A DNA stretch of 64,000 nucleotides from Carcharhinus longimanus (GCA_030264375.1 JASCQW010000081.1:40264246-40328245), one strand, 5' to 3'; shown: positions 34,601 through 47,520, counted from the stretch's first letter. Translations and numbers: made by a program. The notes: generated from the sequence alone by a model not told the origin.

Positions 34601-34899
34601 CTGGAGAGAAAATAAGGAAAGTATTATCCTGATGTAGCCATAGTTTGTCAGTTAAATGACTGCTGTCAGAACATAACTACCACTACAGCAATATTCATGT
34701 CTTGAGAATTGTAGGAACATTTTGCACTTATCTAACTAATGGAGCCTGGAAGGAATGCACTTACAGAAGGAAATATCATGAATATGAACACAATCAATGA
34801 AGATAAACTCATATCTATTTAAGGCTGTTCTCTCCCTAACACTTTGCAGTGCAGATTTTTAAAAATATTCTTTCACAGAGTCTGGCTGTCACTGGCTAG

Positions 34900-35039
34900 T
34901 CATGATTTGGAGATGCCGGCATTGGACTGGGGTAAACATTGTAAGAAGTCTCACAACTCCAACAAGTTTATTTGATAGTAAACCCACAAGCTTTTGGGGT
35001 TTGCCCCTTTGTCAGGTGAGTGGAGAGTTCTGGTCTCTG
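34900..35039 (-). mobile_element. Penelope terminal-repeat insertion with 12-bp TSD
   Basis: Homologous to 2923-3060 and flanked by exact GTCACTGGCTAG at 34888-34899 and 35040-35051. Its hammerhead is CpG-decayed (CTGACAA...AAAA). Confidence 0.88.
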
Positions 35040-35116
35040 GTCACTGGCTAGGCCAGTGTTTGGTGCACATCCCTAACCGTCCTTGAAAAGATAGTGGTGA
35101 ACCACCTTCTTGAACT

Positions 35117-36165
35117 ACATAGAAACACACGTAGAAAATAGAAGCAGGACTAGGCCATTCAGCCCTTTGTGTTTCCTCCGCCGTTCATTGTGATCATGAC
35201 TGATCAACAAATTCAGGACCCTGATCCTGCCTTCCCCATATGCCTTGAGCCCCAAGAGCTATATCTAATTCCTTCTTGAAGTCGCACAATGTTCTTGGTC
35301 TCAACTGTGTTAGTGAATTCCACAGATTCACTGCTCTCTGGGTGAAGAAATTTCTTCCACCTTAGTCCTAAAAGACTTATCTCTTATCTTCAAACTATGA
35401 CCCCCAATTCTGGACTCCTCCACCATCGGGAACATTCTTGCTCTGAATCTACCCTATTTAATCCTGATCAAATTTTATAAGTTTCTATGAGATTCCCTTT
35501 CACTGTTCTAAACTCCAAAGAATATAATCCTAACCAACTTAATCTTGTCCTCATATGACAGTCCTGTCATTCCAGGAATCAGCCCGGTGAACCTTTGCTG
35601 CACTCCCTCTATGGCAAGAACATCCTTCCACAAATAAGGACACCAAAACTGCACATAATGCTCCAGATGTGGTCTCACTAACATCCTATGCAATTGCAGC
35701 AAAACATCTCTATTCCCATACTCAAATCCTCTCACTACGAAGGCCAACATACTATTTGCCTTCTTTACTGCCTGCTGTACCTGCATTCTTCAGCATGAGG
35801 ACGCTAAGGTCTTGTTGAGTAACCTCCTCTCTCAATTTACACCCACTCAAATAATAATCTGCATTCCTATTTGTGCTACCAAAGTGGATAATTTCACACT
35901 TATCCACATTATACAACATCTGCCACACATATCCCCATTCACTCAGCCTGTCCAAATCATACTGAAGCATCTTTGCATCCTCCTCACAGCTCACTTTCCC
36001 ACCCAATTTTGTATCATTCGCAAATTTGGAGATGATACATTTAGATCCCTCATCCAAGTCATTAATATATAATGTGAACAGTTGGGGTCCTAGCACATAT
36101 CCCTGCAGTACCCCACAAGTCACTGCCTGCCATTCGAAAAAAGGCGCATTTATTCAAACTCTTTG
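35117..36165 (-). mobile_element. CR1/HER1 LINE, RT C-terminal half and 3' UTR
   Basis: ORFs 35752-36123 (GVLQGYVLGPQLFTLYINDLDEG...SKFANDTKLGG) and 35508-35786 (LVRPHLEHYVQFWCPY...VQQRFTGLIPG). Flanked by cttc(t/c)tgaact at 35106-35116 and 36166-36176. Confidence 0.95.
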
Positions 36166-37680
36166 CTTCCTGAACTGCAGCAGTCCATGTGGTATTGGCG
36201 TACCCACAGTGCTGTTCGGGGAGGATTTGCAGAATTTTGATGCAGCAACACTGAAGGAACAGTGATATAGTTCCAAGTCAGGATGGTGTGTGGTTGGAAG
36301 GGAAGTTGCAGGTGGTAGTGTCCCCATGCATTTGCTGTCCTCATCCTTCTAGATCACAGAGATCACCAATTTAGAAAATGCTGTCAAAACAGCCTTGCTG
36401 AATTGCGGTTCATATTGCTACAGGAAGCTATGGAGGTTGGTATCTTTATCGAAGTCAGATAATTCCAACCTCTCCCCTGAACTTTTTTATTTTGCATAGC
36501 TGTTACCATATTTATGATACAGGTATTGGTTTATTTCAAACATTCAAAATATATTTGCATGCTTTGTAGCATTTTGTTTCTTTTATCAAGACTTCCCTCA
36601 GAGAATGTAGCTTAAAGACTGATAATAAAACTCATTATTTACAACAAGCAAAATCAAAAACAGAATGGAAAATCTCTTGCTGTTTTTGCTGTATATATTA
36701 TGTAACCTATATCTACTAGTTTCCATCCCGTGGTATTGCTCATGGGTAGTATGGAACACTATTGCATTGGATAACTAATAATCAGACCTGTCCAACTCAC
36801 AGCTGCTCCTGTGTAAGGAAAAGGTCTAAGTGGGAAGAAAGACCATTGGAGATGAATTAGTATTGCTAGGAGCTTCTGTAAATTGATAACTGTTTGGTTC
36901 TTCTCCTTTAACAATCTAAAAGTCAGAAAAAAAGCACCCCAAAATCACCTGGCTGTTTTCTCTATTTGTATACTTCTTTCTATTGTCTGAATGTAATTGT
37001 TGGTGTTCTATAAAATATGTAATGTCGGTAGAGTAACATCTGGGGAATGGATGTTACCCTCTTGCCTTTCATATGGATATAGACATATATCTTGGAGTTC
37101 AAAACAGTTGCTAATCTTGTTTACTACTACACCTCGGCAATATAGACCGAAGCCACCCAAAGTTTTAATATTTCCTTTCTTGACAATTCAGCAACAACCA
37201 CCTTCGGAAATTGCTGCCAGACTTATTTTGATCCAAAGTAGTAAATTGAACTGAAGAGCCACAAGCTTCATATTGTATTTCCCAGCATTCACCTCTTCCT
37301 TAACTGAAGGCGTTGAACCTTGCCGGTGTACAGCTCCATGCTTATTGTAGCCCCATAGGTTATACAACTGGATCATTTTTCACATGTGAACCCGGGCAGC
37401 GAATGTCAGCAGCTTGTTCAACCAGGGCACTCTGTTGAATCCAGTGAAGTTATCACCTAATATATACACTTTAGGACATTCAGTGGCTCCTTCATGGAGG
37501 CAAGAGAGTAATTAATGGGAGTTGTATGAGGGCAGTAGGGGTGAGGGTGAGTGGGGGGGTGCAGGTTAGTGGGTGATTATTGAGATATGGGGTCATAGAG
37601 GCTATACAGGTCAGTGGGATAAATATTGGGCATCTGCAAGAAGTTCCTCCTCATCTTAACAATATTGTTATATTTCTATA

Positions 37681-37826
37681 GTTCTTGGGGCGAAGGGGAT
37701 CAAGGAGTATGGGGGGAAGGTGGGATCAGAATATTGAATTTGATGATCAGCCGGGATCAAAATGTATGGTGGAGCAGGCTCGAAGGCACAAATGGCCTAC
37801 TCCTGCTTCTAGTCTCTATGTTTCTA
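37681..37826 (+). mobile_element. CR1 3' terminus
   Basis: gatcagccgggatcaaaatgtatggtggagcaggctcgaaggcacaaatggcctactcctgcttctagtctctatgtttcta. Confidence 0.9.
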
Positions 37827-40221
37827 ATTGACAGGGAATGTTTCCAGGCAGCCTACTGCAGTTTAAGGACCACTGGTTAAGCTACCATGTTGAGTTCTAC
37901 TAAGTTGGACAGAGTGAGATCCTAGTTACTTCTCAGGATCCAAATTTAAATATATTCCTCTTCCCAGCAGGAGCACCAGTCACCTAGATTAATGTCAGTC
38001 TGAAAACAGGAAAAATTAGACCTCTAGCAGTCAGCCAGAGTTTTCTCATATATACAAATTGGGTCTCTCTACTGCATGATTGTGTTCAAACAGGATGGTA
38101 GCAAAACAGCAATCAGCTCCAATCTTAAGCATTTANNNNNNNNNNNNNNNNNNNNNNNNNNNNNNNNNNNNNNNNNNNNNNNNNNNNNNNNNNNNNNNNN
38201 NNNNNNNNNNNNNNNNNNNNNNNNNNNNNNNNNNNNNNNNNNNNNNNNNNNNNNNNNNNNNNNNNNNNNNNNNNNNNNNNNNNNNNNNNNNNNNNNNNNN
38301 NNNNNNNNNNNNNNNNNNNNNNNNNNNNNNNNNNNNNNNNNNNNNNNTAAAAGAGCTATAGAAGTTGCTAAAATTACTTGACAAGCTTATGGGACATACT
38401 GAGTTGGAAAACCCCACATTTGCATCTAATTAAATCAAAAATTATTTGGGGTATATTTGTCCTTCTCTAAAATTACTACTTATTTCGCTTGATTAGGTGT
38501 AGCATTCCAGGGTTGTGAGGTTCATTCTTCCAAAAGTATTTCTGACTCCTTCACCTTTATTTTAAGCATTCCAGTGCCACATTCTATCTGCAGCCATGGA
38601 AACAAGCACATGTCCTGCTCTCAGTCCACTGCCAATGTCAGTCGTAAACTGTCCATGTTTCCAACAAGGCTTGTGGATGATTCTCCTGCCAGTTTTATTT
38701 CCTCTCCTGTGGCAAAGCACCTAGTCTCCTCAAAATAACATGGCTATGACCTATTATGTGCAGGAATCCCAAATATGAACTCATGTTGTACGTTCACATT
38801 CCAACTCAAGAAGTTGCTATTTCATTTAACGTTTCCTCACAAACATTACATTGGCAAAAGAAGGTTGGAAGTTCCTCAAAGTTCCTCATCTCCATCAACG
38901 ATCTGGAAATCATATTAAAATGATATTCCCTCTGTTACTAGCACAGCCATTTGCAGTGTGATTTTTTTTTCCACCCAACTGTCATACCACACAAATTATT
39001 GCAAAGCGTTTAATGGCAGAATTGCCATTGGCATGCAGTCATCAGCAGAGAACAGCAAATCCATAATTCCGTTTGAGGACTGGCCACAAAGCTACACATA
39101 TACTTCAACTACAGCCATATAATACAAGGATCATAAACAAATATTCCTTATTATGTTTAACTTAGGGTGCTAGGGTCATTAAATTTTAAGTAGTTATGAA
39201 ATCTGGCCACAGAGTGTAGAATTTAATAAAAGTCCAACCTTACTTAGATTGCTGGTAACCCTGATTTTCTAAAATACCTATGGATAACCAGTAGCAAAAC
39301 GCCTTACTCCTGTCTAGCAAACTGTAGGAAAAAAACCTTGCTTTGCTCCTGGAATGACATTGATAATGTTAAACTTTCTTGTCTTTCACAAATCAATGAT
39401 TTTGCAGCACAATGGTTGACAATCTGTGAGTCAGACCTCAGTTTTTGCCCCAACAACTCAAGACCTGATGCAGTTATGCCTCAAAGTCCAGTATTTATAG
39501 TATCTTCTACATGCAGTTCCTTGTAGTTTTGGAATTTAATCCTGGGCTGTGTTGTGACCTTAAATCCATTACTTCCATGTAAAAATTCAAATGCAGAACT
39601 AACCATCTTTTACTGAGTATATTTCTTGGAGTGCTTTTGTGAACTACGCAAAATCTCTGACTTGGCATTCAGCAGCCTAACAACATTTCTCCACAACTTT
39701 CTGTACCCAATAAGCATCACGAAGTGAAGTGGTCTTTGTTAGAATTATTTCTATTGTTGCAGAACCTACAATGTGATTTTTTACTAAAATATTGCGGTCT
39801 GCTTAAAGTTGCAAAATGTCAAATTTTATGGAGTCCATCAATGCTAGAATGCTTCAATGGTTACAGATGTCTTCACCAGAGTGAAACCAAAAAAAATTGT
39901 AGCTGTAGAACTCAACTTTTTTGACTATCTCCTATGAGTGCAGGAAAATTGAACCCCAAATTATACTTTTGATAACTGTGGCAGAATTGGGGTCTGGAAT
40001 GCCATATGAATGTTGATGCAATGCAAGAACCTCAAAGTATTATCAGATCATGCCACAAAACATACATTTGATGTAGAAAACACAAAGGAGATCAGAAAAA
40101 AAGATTTAAGTCAATAAGGTACACAAAGTATCACTATAATATTCTAGTTATTACTGTCAATAGTCATTGGATTTTGATGTCATCAGGATGATGGAAATGC
40201 TTGAAACCAAACATAGCTCAA

Positions 40222-40489
40222 AGATTAGAACCCCGACTTTCAGCAGTGACGTTGGGAAACACTTCTTCACACAGCAGGTGATAGACATTTAGAACTCTCT
40301 TCCGCAAGCAACAGTTGATCGGGGACAATTTTTAATTTTAAATCTGAGATTGGTATATTTATAGTTAACCAAATGTGTTAGGAAATACTGGGGAAAAGGC
40401 GGATATATGGAGCTAGGTACAGATAGCCATGTTCTCAACGAATGACAGAACAGGCTCAAAGGGCTTTGTGGCCTATTCCTGTGCTCCTA
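40222..40489 (+). mobile_element. CR1 3' fragment, older subfamily
   Basis: Remnant KHFFTQQVIDI*NSLPQ and UTR caggctcaaagggctttgtggcctattcctgtgctcct. Confidence 0.85.
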
Positions 40490-42287
40490 ATTATAAAGTT
40501 CCAACTCCATGATTATCCTTCTCCAGTTGATAGGTCGGTGGACAACCATACGTTAGTTCAAGAAAGTGGTTGACTGGAACTCTCGCCGGATATCTTTATT
40601 AGATTTACAGCCGGAATTTTATCATAATTTATCCCGCAGCCTATTTTAAATTATGTACAGCCTTCCCGCTTTGACTTATTTGCTTATTTTATTGGCTTTA
40701 CAGCAGTCAAAATATTCCCCTGCGTCTATAAATGGCTACTCTTGGTGGCACAAGCTTTTGAGTTCTAGAAGGATAGCTATGCTCTGGAATTCCAGCTCAG
40801 CCAGATTGGTCAGACATGAGTTTAATTCCACCATTTTCCACATTGTGATTTCTCAATTTCCATTTACTGAAAAGACACTGAACAGAGATTTAGTTCATAC
40901 TTAAATTTAGTTTAATTTAAAACAGATTTTCTCACAAAAAAAACCATCAAAACATGAAATTCATCTCAGACTGCACTTTTGCAAGTTGTTTCGCTGTCAG
41001 TGTAAGTTCAAAGTCTATGGATGGTGCACATCCTAAGGAGACCCCGAAAAGGCTAGAAAGTCAAAAAGAAACTAAAAATAACCTAATACATAGCTTCTTT
41101 CGAAACAGAAAAAAGAAACTCATCTCATATTAAAAATTGCAGGAAAAAAGGGAAGGTGGAAGACGTTGGATTTGCACATCAAATTGGATGAAAAGATGAC
41201 CAAGTGACTCACAAAATGGTTTGTGCCAGAGATCTGAGCCAAATTCAGTTTTAGGCCTCGTTTAAATGCTACCAGCAAGCTACATCCCCAATCAGTCATC
41301 TCACTCCAGTTTACCCATTGGGGAGGGTGTGACATCAGCTCGTTCTCATGTAAAAGTCGGCAGCACAGAGGTGGGGACATATTTGAATGTTCCAACTCCA
41401 GGCTAGAGTACAACCTGAAAATCTCTTGAATGTTTTATGACCAGCTTCCAGACAGGCTGTGTAAAACATGATATAACCAGATGAATTATGCTCCATAAAA
41501 GCTCCTTCCATTGGTACCTAATTTCCACATTTCAAATCCAATGATGGGCAGGGGATTCTGATTGCAAGGTTTTAGTCTTTTCAGGTGGGCAGCTGGATGA
41601 CTGAAGTTGCCTGAGCCATTATGACAACTGGTGCATTTTGGTTCAAACGTATCATAACACAAAATTCAACAGCCTAGCACCCACCTTTGGATGCAAAACA
41701 GGTGGCCGTAAGTTGAATTTCTCCCCCAAGAAATGACATCCACTATGAGTTTACCAGCTGCCCTAACACTGCCAGTTAATGATTTATGTTTATTTACTTC
41801 ACCAGACCTATTTATATATGAATATTTTTACCATCACAAGGGCCACTGAGCAAACTAGTTTGCAGTGAGCTCTTCAGCTGGTTAAAATGGAGCACAGAGG
41901 TAAACATTGTTTCACAACTGCAAGCACAGACTTGCCACTAATGGTGCATTTAAACTACTAATTAAGCTGTTTAAGCAGTCTGCAGAAATGCGTGTCCCTG
42001 ACAGGCATTCACCTCACCATGTTCCCTGGCCAGACTGACTGAAATGGGACCCCATCTACATTACAGAACAAGTCATTTTACAGTCTGAGTCCTTCGCTGG
42101 GACCTATCTGGGGCACATGCCCATCTGAAACTTTATAAAAAGTTGCGATAAAAACAATACCAAATAAACTTGCCTTTAGACCGTGTTTAAGAGCCAAGGG
42201 AATAAATTAACATTTCGCAATAGATACGGCTAGATGTTACATCTGCTTTTTATATGAAGTGAATAAAGACTTTCAAATACTGCTCAT

Positions 42288-42604
42288 CAGCACAGCGGCA
42301 CAATGATTAACACTGCTGTCTCACAGCGTCAGGGACCCGGGTTCGATTCCAGCTTCGGGTGACTGTCTAAGCAGAGTCTGCACATTCTCCCCATATCTGC
42401 ACGGGGTTTCCTCTGAATGCTCCAGTTTCCTCCCACACTCCAGAGATCTGTAGGGTAGGTTGCTACGCTAAATTATCCCTTAGTGTCAGGGGAATTAGCA
42501 GGGTAAATACATGGGGTTACAGGGGGTAGGATCTGGGTGAGATTGTTGTTAGTGCTGGCATGATGAACCGAATAGCCTCCTTCTGCACTGTAGGGATTCT
42601 ACAA
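42288..42604 (+). mobile_element. HE1-type V-SINE, tail type B (CR1/HER1 tail)
   Basis: B box GTTCGATTCC at 42341-42350, V core, and tail gaatagcctccttctgcactgtagggattcta. Confidence 0.92.
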
Positions 42605-43417
42605 TGAATGTTTCAGGCTCATTTAAAAAAAGTATTAATTGCAAATTACAAATCTTGATATATTTTGAAGTTGATGATTTGTGGCACATATGCAAGGATA
42701 CTTAGTAGTGGAGCAAAAAGTTCTCTCATGAGTAATGTTTGAATTAAGGAAGTTGTCAAGCTGTTANNNNNNNNNNNNNNNNNNNNNNNNNNNNNNNNNN
42801 NNNNNNNNNNNNNNNNNNNNNNNNNNNNNNNNNNNNNNNNNNNNNNNNNNNNNNNNNNNNNNNNNNAAGCTGTTAAATATGTGGATTGAATTTTCACATC
42901 ACTGTCAGCTATCTTCATGTTTAATACATTTTTGTCCCAAATTATTACGGTCTCAAAGTCTGATAGGCTGTGCACAATAACACCTTTCACCAGGAGGGCA
43001 GGATAGAATGCCCCAATAAGTTATTCATGGCTACCATCACTGGAGCTTCATAATTGATTTGACTTATACGAGTTCAGCTGGACAAGATCAGTTTTGTGTT
43101 TGATTATAATGCTGACATGCCATAACAGAAGACAAAGTCGATTTGTACTGAGGTCATAGGATCCAACCTCACCAGCATTGCTTCATCTGGGGGAGGGAGA
43201 GGTAGGGGAAATAGTTCCCATATTGGTATGCTGAAATGGGGTTATAAAGAGGCTCCAGATACAGTTAAAAAAATGACTTTAATTACATCTGATTTAAATA
43301 GTAGTAATTAATTGGCTAAATTGGGTGCAGCTACAGGGATTTTACTATGTAGGTGAGATCGTGGAAGTTTATACACTGGTTTATCACGTTGTGTAGTTAA
43401 CAATTAAGCACGTGACA

Positions 43418-43617
43418 GAGGCAAAATATTGCAGATGCTGGAAGCTGAAACAAAACCAGAAAACGCTGGAAAATCTCAGCAGATCTGCCAGCATCTGTGG
43501 AGAGAATAGAACCAACATTGAGAGTCAGATGAATCATCCTGTCTCAAACTGTTGGCTTTCTTCCTATAGTTGCTGTCTGACCTGCTGTCATTTTCCAGCA
43601 TTTTCTGCTTTTGTTTC
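43418..43617. mobile_element. Short fold-back made of two Penelope terminal segments
   Basis: gaaacaaaaccagaaaacgctggaaaatctcagcagatctgccagcatct versus agttgctgtctgacctgctgtcattttccagcattttctgcttttgtttc (reverse complements). Confidence 0.75.
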
Positions 43618-44491
43618 CACCTCCCTTCCTTCTCCCTAGTCACAAGGAACTTTTCAATATTAGGATATCCACTGCTCCCTTTTATCAGACCCATGTGTCC
43701 AAGATAATAGAACCTTGAATCTATTTATTAGGGGATGGAACAATTGGTTCCACAATGTAGATGTGTCAGTCAGTGACCCTAAAATAATATAATAATGGAC
43801 CCAAGTCACAGTGCACACAGGGGTCACCCTGATTTGGTAATGTGATTAAAAAAAGGCAAAATTATGCCCAAAACATGCAAGGCAGCTTGACCGTGATGAA
43901 TGCTATGATGAAGTCAAGTTGGTTACAGAGAATTTGAAAACTGAAAAGGGACCATGTAATAAGTCTATCTTTCCATAGTTGAATTTGGTTAATAAATTGA
44001 GAATAGGTAAGGAACTGAAATAGAAGTACTTTTGGAAGTGAGCATGAATAGAAACAATGGAACTGTCAGATTAATTACAGGTTAGCTGACTGACAAATTC
44101 AATTTTTAATCATTTTCAATCTGCCCAGGAGTGTCTTTTCTTACCCCAAACCTTTCGTGCAAAAATACAGTTCTACAGCCATTTTTTCATAAATTCACAG
44201 GTGATACAATTCAACTTTTTTTAAAAAAATAAGCTTTTATTGGATTTAAAATGTGTGTTGTTTCTACATTTTATACAGCTATATTTATTCATTGTATTTA
44301 CATGCATTCTTGCCAAATTTAACTAATTTCAATGTTTTTACACTGGCATTTAATCTGCTGAAGCACACTTTCACTTTATACAATGGTAGACTTCTAGAGT
44401 CCAACATTCACAGTTGATAGAAAAGGTAACAAATAGGTTAACAAGGAGAGTTTGCTTGTCAGCAGGAAAAATATATTTGCCTCACAAAAGA

Positions 44492-44884
44492 ACTTCTTTA
44501 TTCATTTGTGGGTGTTGCTAGTTGCCCAGCAGTTATTGCCCATCCCCAGTTGCCCCTGGAGGGGCAATCACATTGCTGTGGCTCTGGAGTCACATGTAGG
44601 TTAGACCAGGTAAGGAAGGCAGATTTCCTTCCCTAAAGGACATTAGTGAACCAGATGAGCTTTTCTCATGCCTCACAAATGAATGAAAAAGTTATTTTGT
44701 GAGGCAAAGATATTTTTCCTGCTGACAATGGTTTCATGGTCATCAGTAGATTCTAAATTCCAGATTTGTTTTGCAAATTTCACCATGTTCTCCTGTGGCA
44801 GGATTCAAACCTGGGCTCCCAGAACATTAGCTGAAATTCTGGATTAATAGTCTAATGATAATACCACTGGGCCATCACCTCCCC
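44492..44884 (-). mobile_element. tRNA-derived SINE carrying the tail of the MEYSPLAW-type LINE
   Basis: Reverse-strand head gggaggtgatggcccagtggta...ggtttgaatcctgcc (A/B boxes), core ctggttcactaatgtcctttagggaaggaaatctgcc, and tail ggggatgggcaataactgctggg...aaatgaataaagaa. Confidence 0.85.
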
Positions 44885-45462
44885 TAACAATCAGCAAACA
44901 ACCTATTTCTATACTGCAGGCAACTATCAAGTACACAAATGAGACTTCTGGCTAAATATTTACAAATTTCTCACAAGTTAATTTTATCAAATTGCTATTA
45001 TCACAGGGAAGGAAAAAAAACAAAATATATTTGTTATAATCATAACTTTGAAATGTATGAAAACTTTTAAATTATAAATATGCCATAGTGATATGTCAGA
45101 ATGCTATTTATTTTCTGTCCTTTTTTTAAGATTTAGCCACAAATCTTTATCACAATTTGTCTCATGCTGGTCAGCCAGCCAGCAACCTGCACTGAACTTT
45201 AACAAATCTCTTGTTTACATTAAACAATCTAAAATTTACAGTTTAACTGATGCAGTCAATGCTCTCCTGCAGGATGTCCTTGGAAGCAAAGTGCAGGGCC
45301 CATGGTGCGTCCCACAGTTGAAAAAAAGCAACACGTCTTCAGGGAAACACAAAATGAGAAACACCAGATTACAGACCTGCTTCACTGTGGCTCCATCCAA
45401 AGGAAACAGAGAAACCACAGATTATATTAGTTTCAGTTGATAAGCCAAGTAACGGACACAAA

Positions 45463-46335
45463 GGGCAGAATTCTCCCAAACAAAACCGACTAAATGTCAG
45501 AATGGCATGAATAACAGAGAGATCTGAGCTGGCCTCAGGCGCGCTCTGTACCCCAATCCGCGCGCACACAGACTTTTTTGGATAGTTGGGAGCTTTGCAC
45601 TGCTACTGGGGTGGGGACGAGGGTAAGACACATTAACGTACTAGTCCAGCTTCAGAGCACTTGGGTACCATTTTGCAAGGGCATCCAGATCTCTCCGTGT
45701 GCTTGGAGACACCTCCATCCCCCTCACCCACCATGGACGTCAGACACACGCCATCCTACCCCCACACAGCAGCATGTTTCCCCACTCCACCCCCAACGCC
45801 AGTCTCCAGCATCAGGGCCCTTCCAATGGATCCCCTGCCTGACCGCTGACATGGCCACCATCACGACCACCAACATTATCTACCCCTGCATAGTCCTCCA
45901 TTACTTTGGCACTGCTCCTGTACACTGGCCATGGCCTGGTTGGCATTGCCAGGGCAGCCAGTAGCCACTGATGGACACTGCCTGGACATGACCCCAATCA
46001 TCCCAGGGCTTCAATTGCCTTGGAGCCCCCTGGCCTGGCCATCGTACCAGATCTCCTCGAGCGAAGGCCAGTAGTGATTCTCACAATTCACGTGTCGGGC
46101 CTGCACCCCGTGCACTGGGAGTCAAACGGGCTATGCATATTTAAATGTTATTTTAAATATGCCATTCGGGCTCAAGCCCTTTCTGAGCACCATCTTGTTT
46201 GCAGCATTAGAAAGGAGGCTGGTAAGATCACGAACTGTTTGCAGTCGGGTGCAAAATTGATTTTTAGGCCCACACGTTATTCCCTGGGATCAGCGTGTTC
46301 TGAGCCAGGCATGGCGAGGTCAGAGAATCACATTC
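45463..46335. mobile_element. GC-rich MITE (Harbinger-like), paralog of 62216-63171
   Basis: Starts gggcagaattctccc. 46070-46275 aligns with 62898-63110 (gtagtgattctcac...tattttaaatatg...tttctgagca...aggcccac). Confidence 0.75.
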
Positions 46336-46828
46336 AATATTCACAAATTGTAACATACATTCTTCACTTTGGGTGGCTATTTGACTAATCATGGTCTTCA
46401 GGCAGGTAATCCTTAGCCAATTTGCCAAGCCAGTGACATAATTCATTATCAGGGCAGCTTTAGTCTATCTTCTCTAATTAGTCTTCCTCAGACATTTGAT
46501 CTCTAAACAGGCAAGTATCAGCACTAATGGTTGATATGGAGTGCAAGAACTGGGCCAATGTTGCTTTTCACATCCAAACACGTGGTCTGACATAACACAA
46601 GTCAAGTAAAATTAGTCTGGGGAAAAAAAGGTATTGAGATAAAAAGGTTTTCCCCATAATAGAAATTTGCACATTTCTGTCCATATTTTCACAGGCTAAG
46701 GTTTTGCATCCCAAATTCAAAGGTCATACAGTAATGACATCAGCATTATTTTATGCTTCCATCTTGTATGAACTGTCAGTGTTGACTTGGTTCTTTACAC
46801 ACTCCCTCCTCTCCCTTCTCAACATCCT

Positions 46829-47140
46829 TGGGGCAGCACAGTGGCACAGGAGTTAGCATGGCTGCCTCACAGCACCAGGGACCCAGGTTGGATTCCCAGC
46901 TTGAGTCACCGTTGTGTGGCGTTTACATATTCTCTGCATGGGTTTCCTCCAGGTGCTCCAGTTTCCTCCCACAGTCGAAAGATGTGTGGATTAGCCATGC
47001 TAAATTGCCCCTTAGTATCAGGGGGACTAGTTAGGGTAAATGCATAGGGTTATGGGGATAGGGCCTGGGTGAGACTGTGATCGGTGCAAACTCAATGGGC
47101 CAAATGGCCTCCTTCTGCACCTTAGGATTCTATGATTCTA
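46829..47140 (+). mobile_element. HE1-type V-SINE, tail type B, full length
   Basis: gggcagcacagtggcacagg...gggtttcctccaggtgctccagtttcctcccacagtc...aatggcctccttctgcaccttaggattctatgattcta. Confidence 0.93.
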
Positions 47141-47309
47141 AAGTTAAACCAATTAAGTCCCACACAATCTTGTATAACATCATCCATAAGGATCAATACC
47201 TGGCTTGTTACCACAGAATTCTTATCATACCAAAGAAATCCATCTTTGGTACAACAATAATAAAGAGAACGGCTCCTGTTTCCTCTCCAGGAGGGACAGA
47301 CGATCTGGT

Positions 47310-47520
47310 TTTTGGAGCTAGATTGTCACGTCCTAAAGTTCAGATACTATCTCTTTCTTATTCTGAACCATGGGATATAATACATGGGCAGAAGCAACTG
47401 CCCATATACACTGTCTCTTCCATAGATTTCAATGGAAGAGAACATCAAGGTGACTTGTGTAATGGGCAATATTTCTGTTACCAGTTTTTTTGAACCTCCA
47501 ACAATGCTGAATTTTATCTA
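47310..47520. mobile_element. Old palindromic MITE (CCATTGANTTCAATGG-centred type; similar remnants at about 13690-13835 and 14960-15070)
   Basis: tctcttccat-agatttca-atggaagaga has perfect 10-bp arms, with outer arms tgcccat/atgggca. Confidence 0.5.

Larger units (their letters stand above)
34860..36410 (-). mobile_element. MEYSPLAW-type LINE 3' end, split in three pieces (about 34860-34899, 35040-35116, 36166-36410)
   Basis: The pieces are colinear with the reverse complement of 22130-22447 (e.g. tacccacagtgctgtt; gttccaagtcaggat). Confidence 0.85.

Noticed and set aside
41120-41413. 97-aa ORF with an upstream ttttcag acceptor on the minus strand
   Set aside because: The donor is weak, and there is no recognisable domain or partner exon.
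42288-42360. tRNA gene (A and B boxes present)
   Set aside because: It is a SINE head that continues into the V domain and LINE tail, with no acceptor stem.
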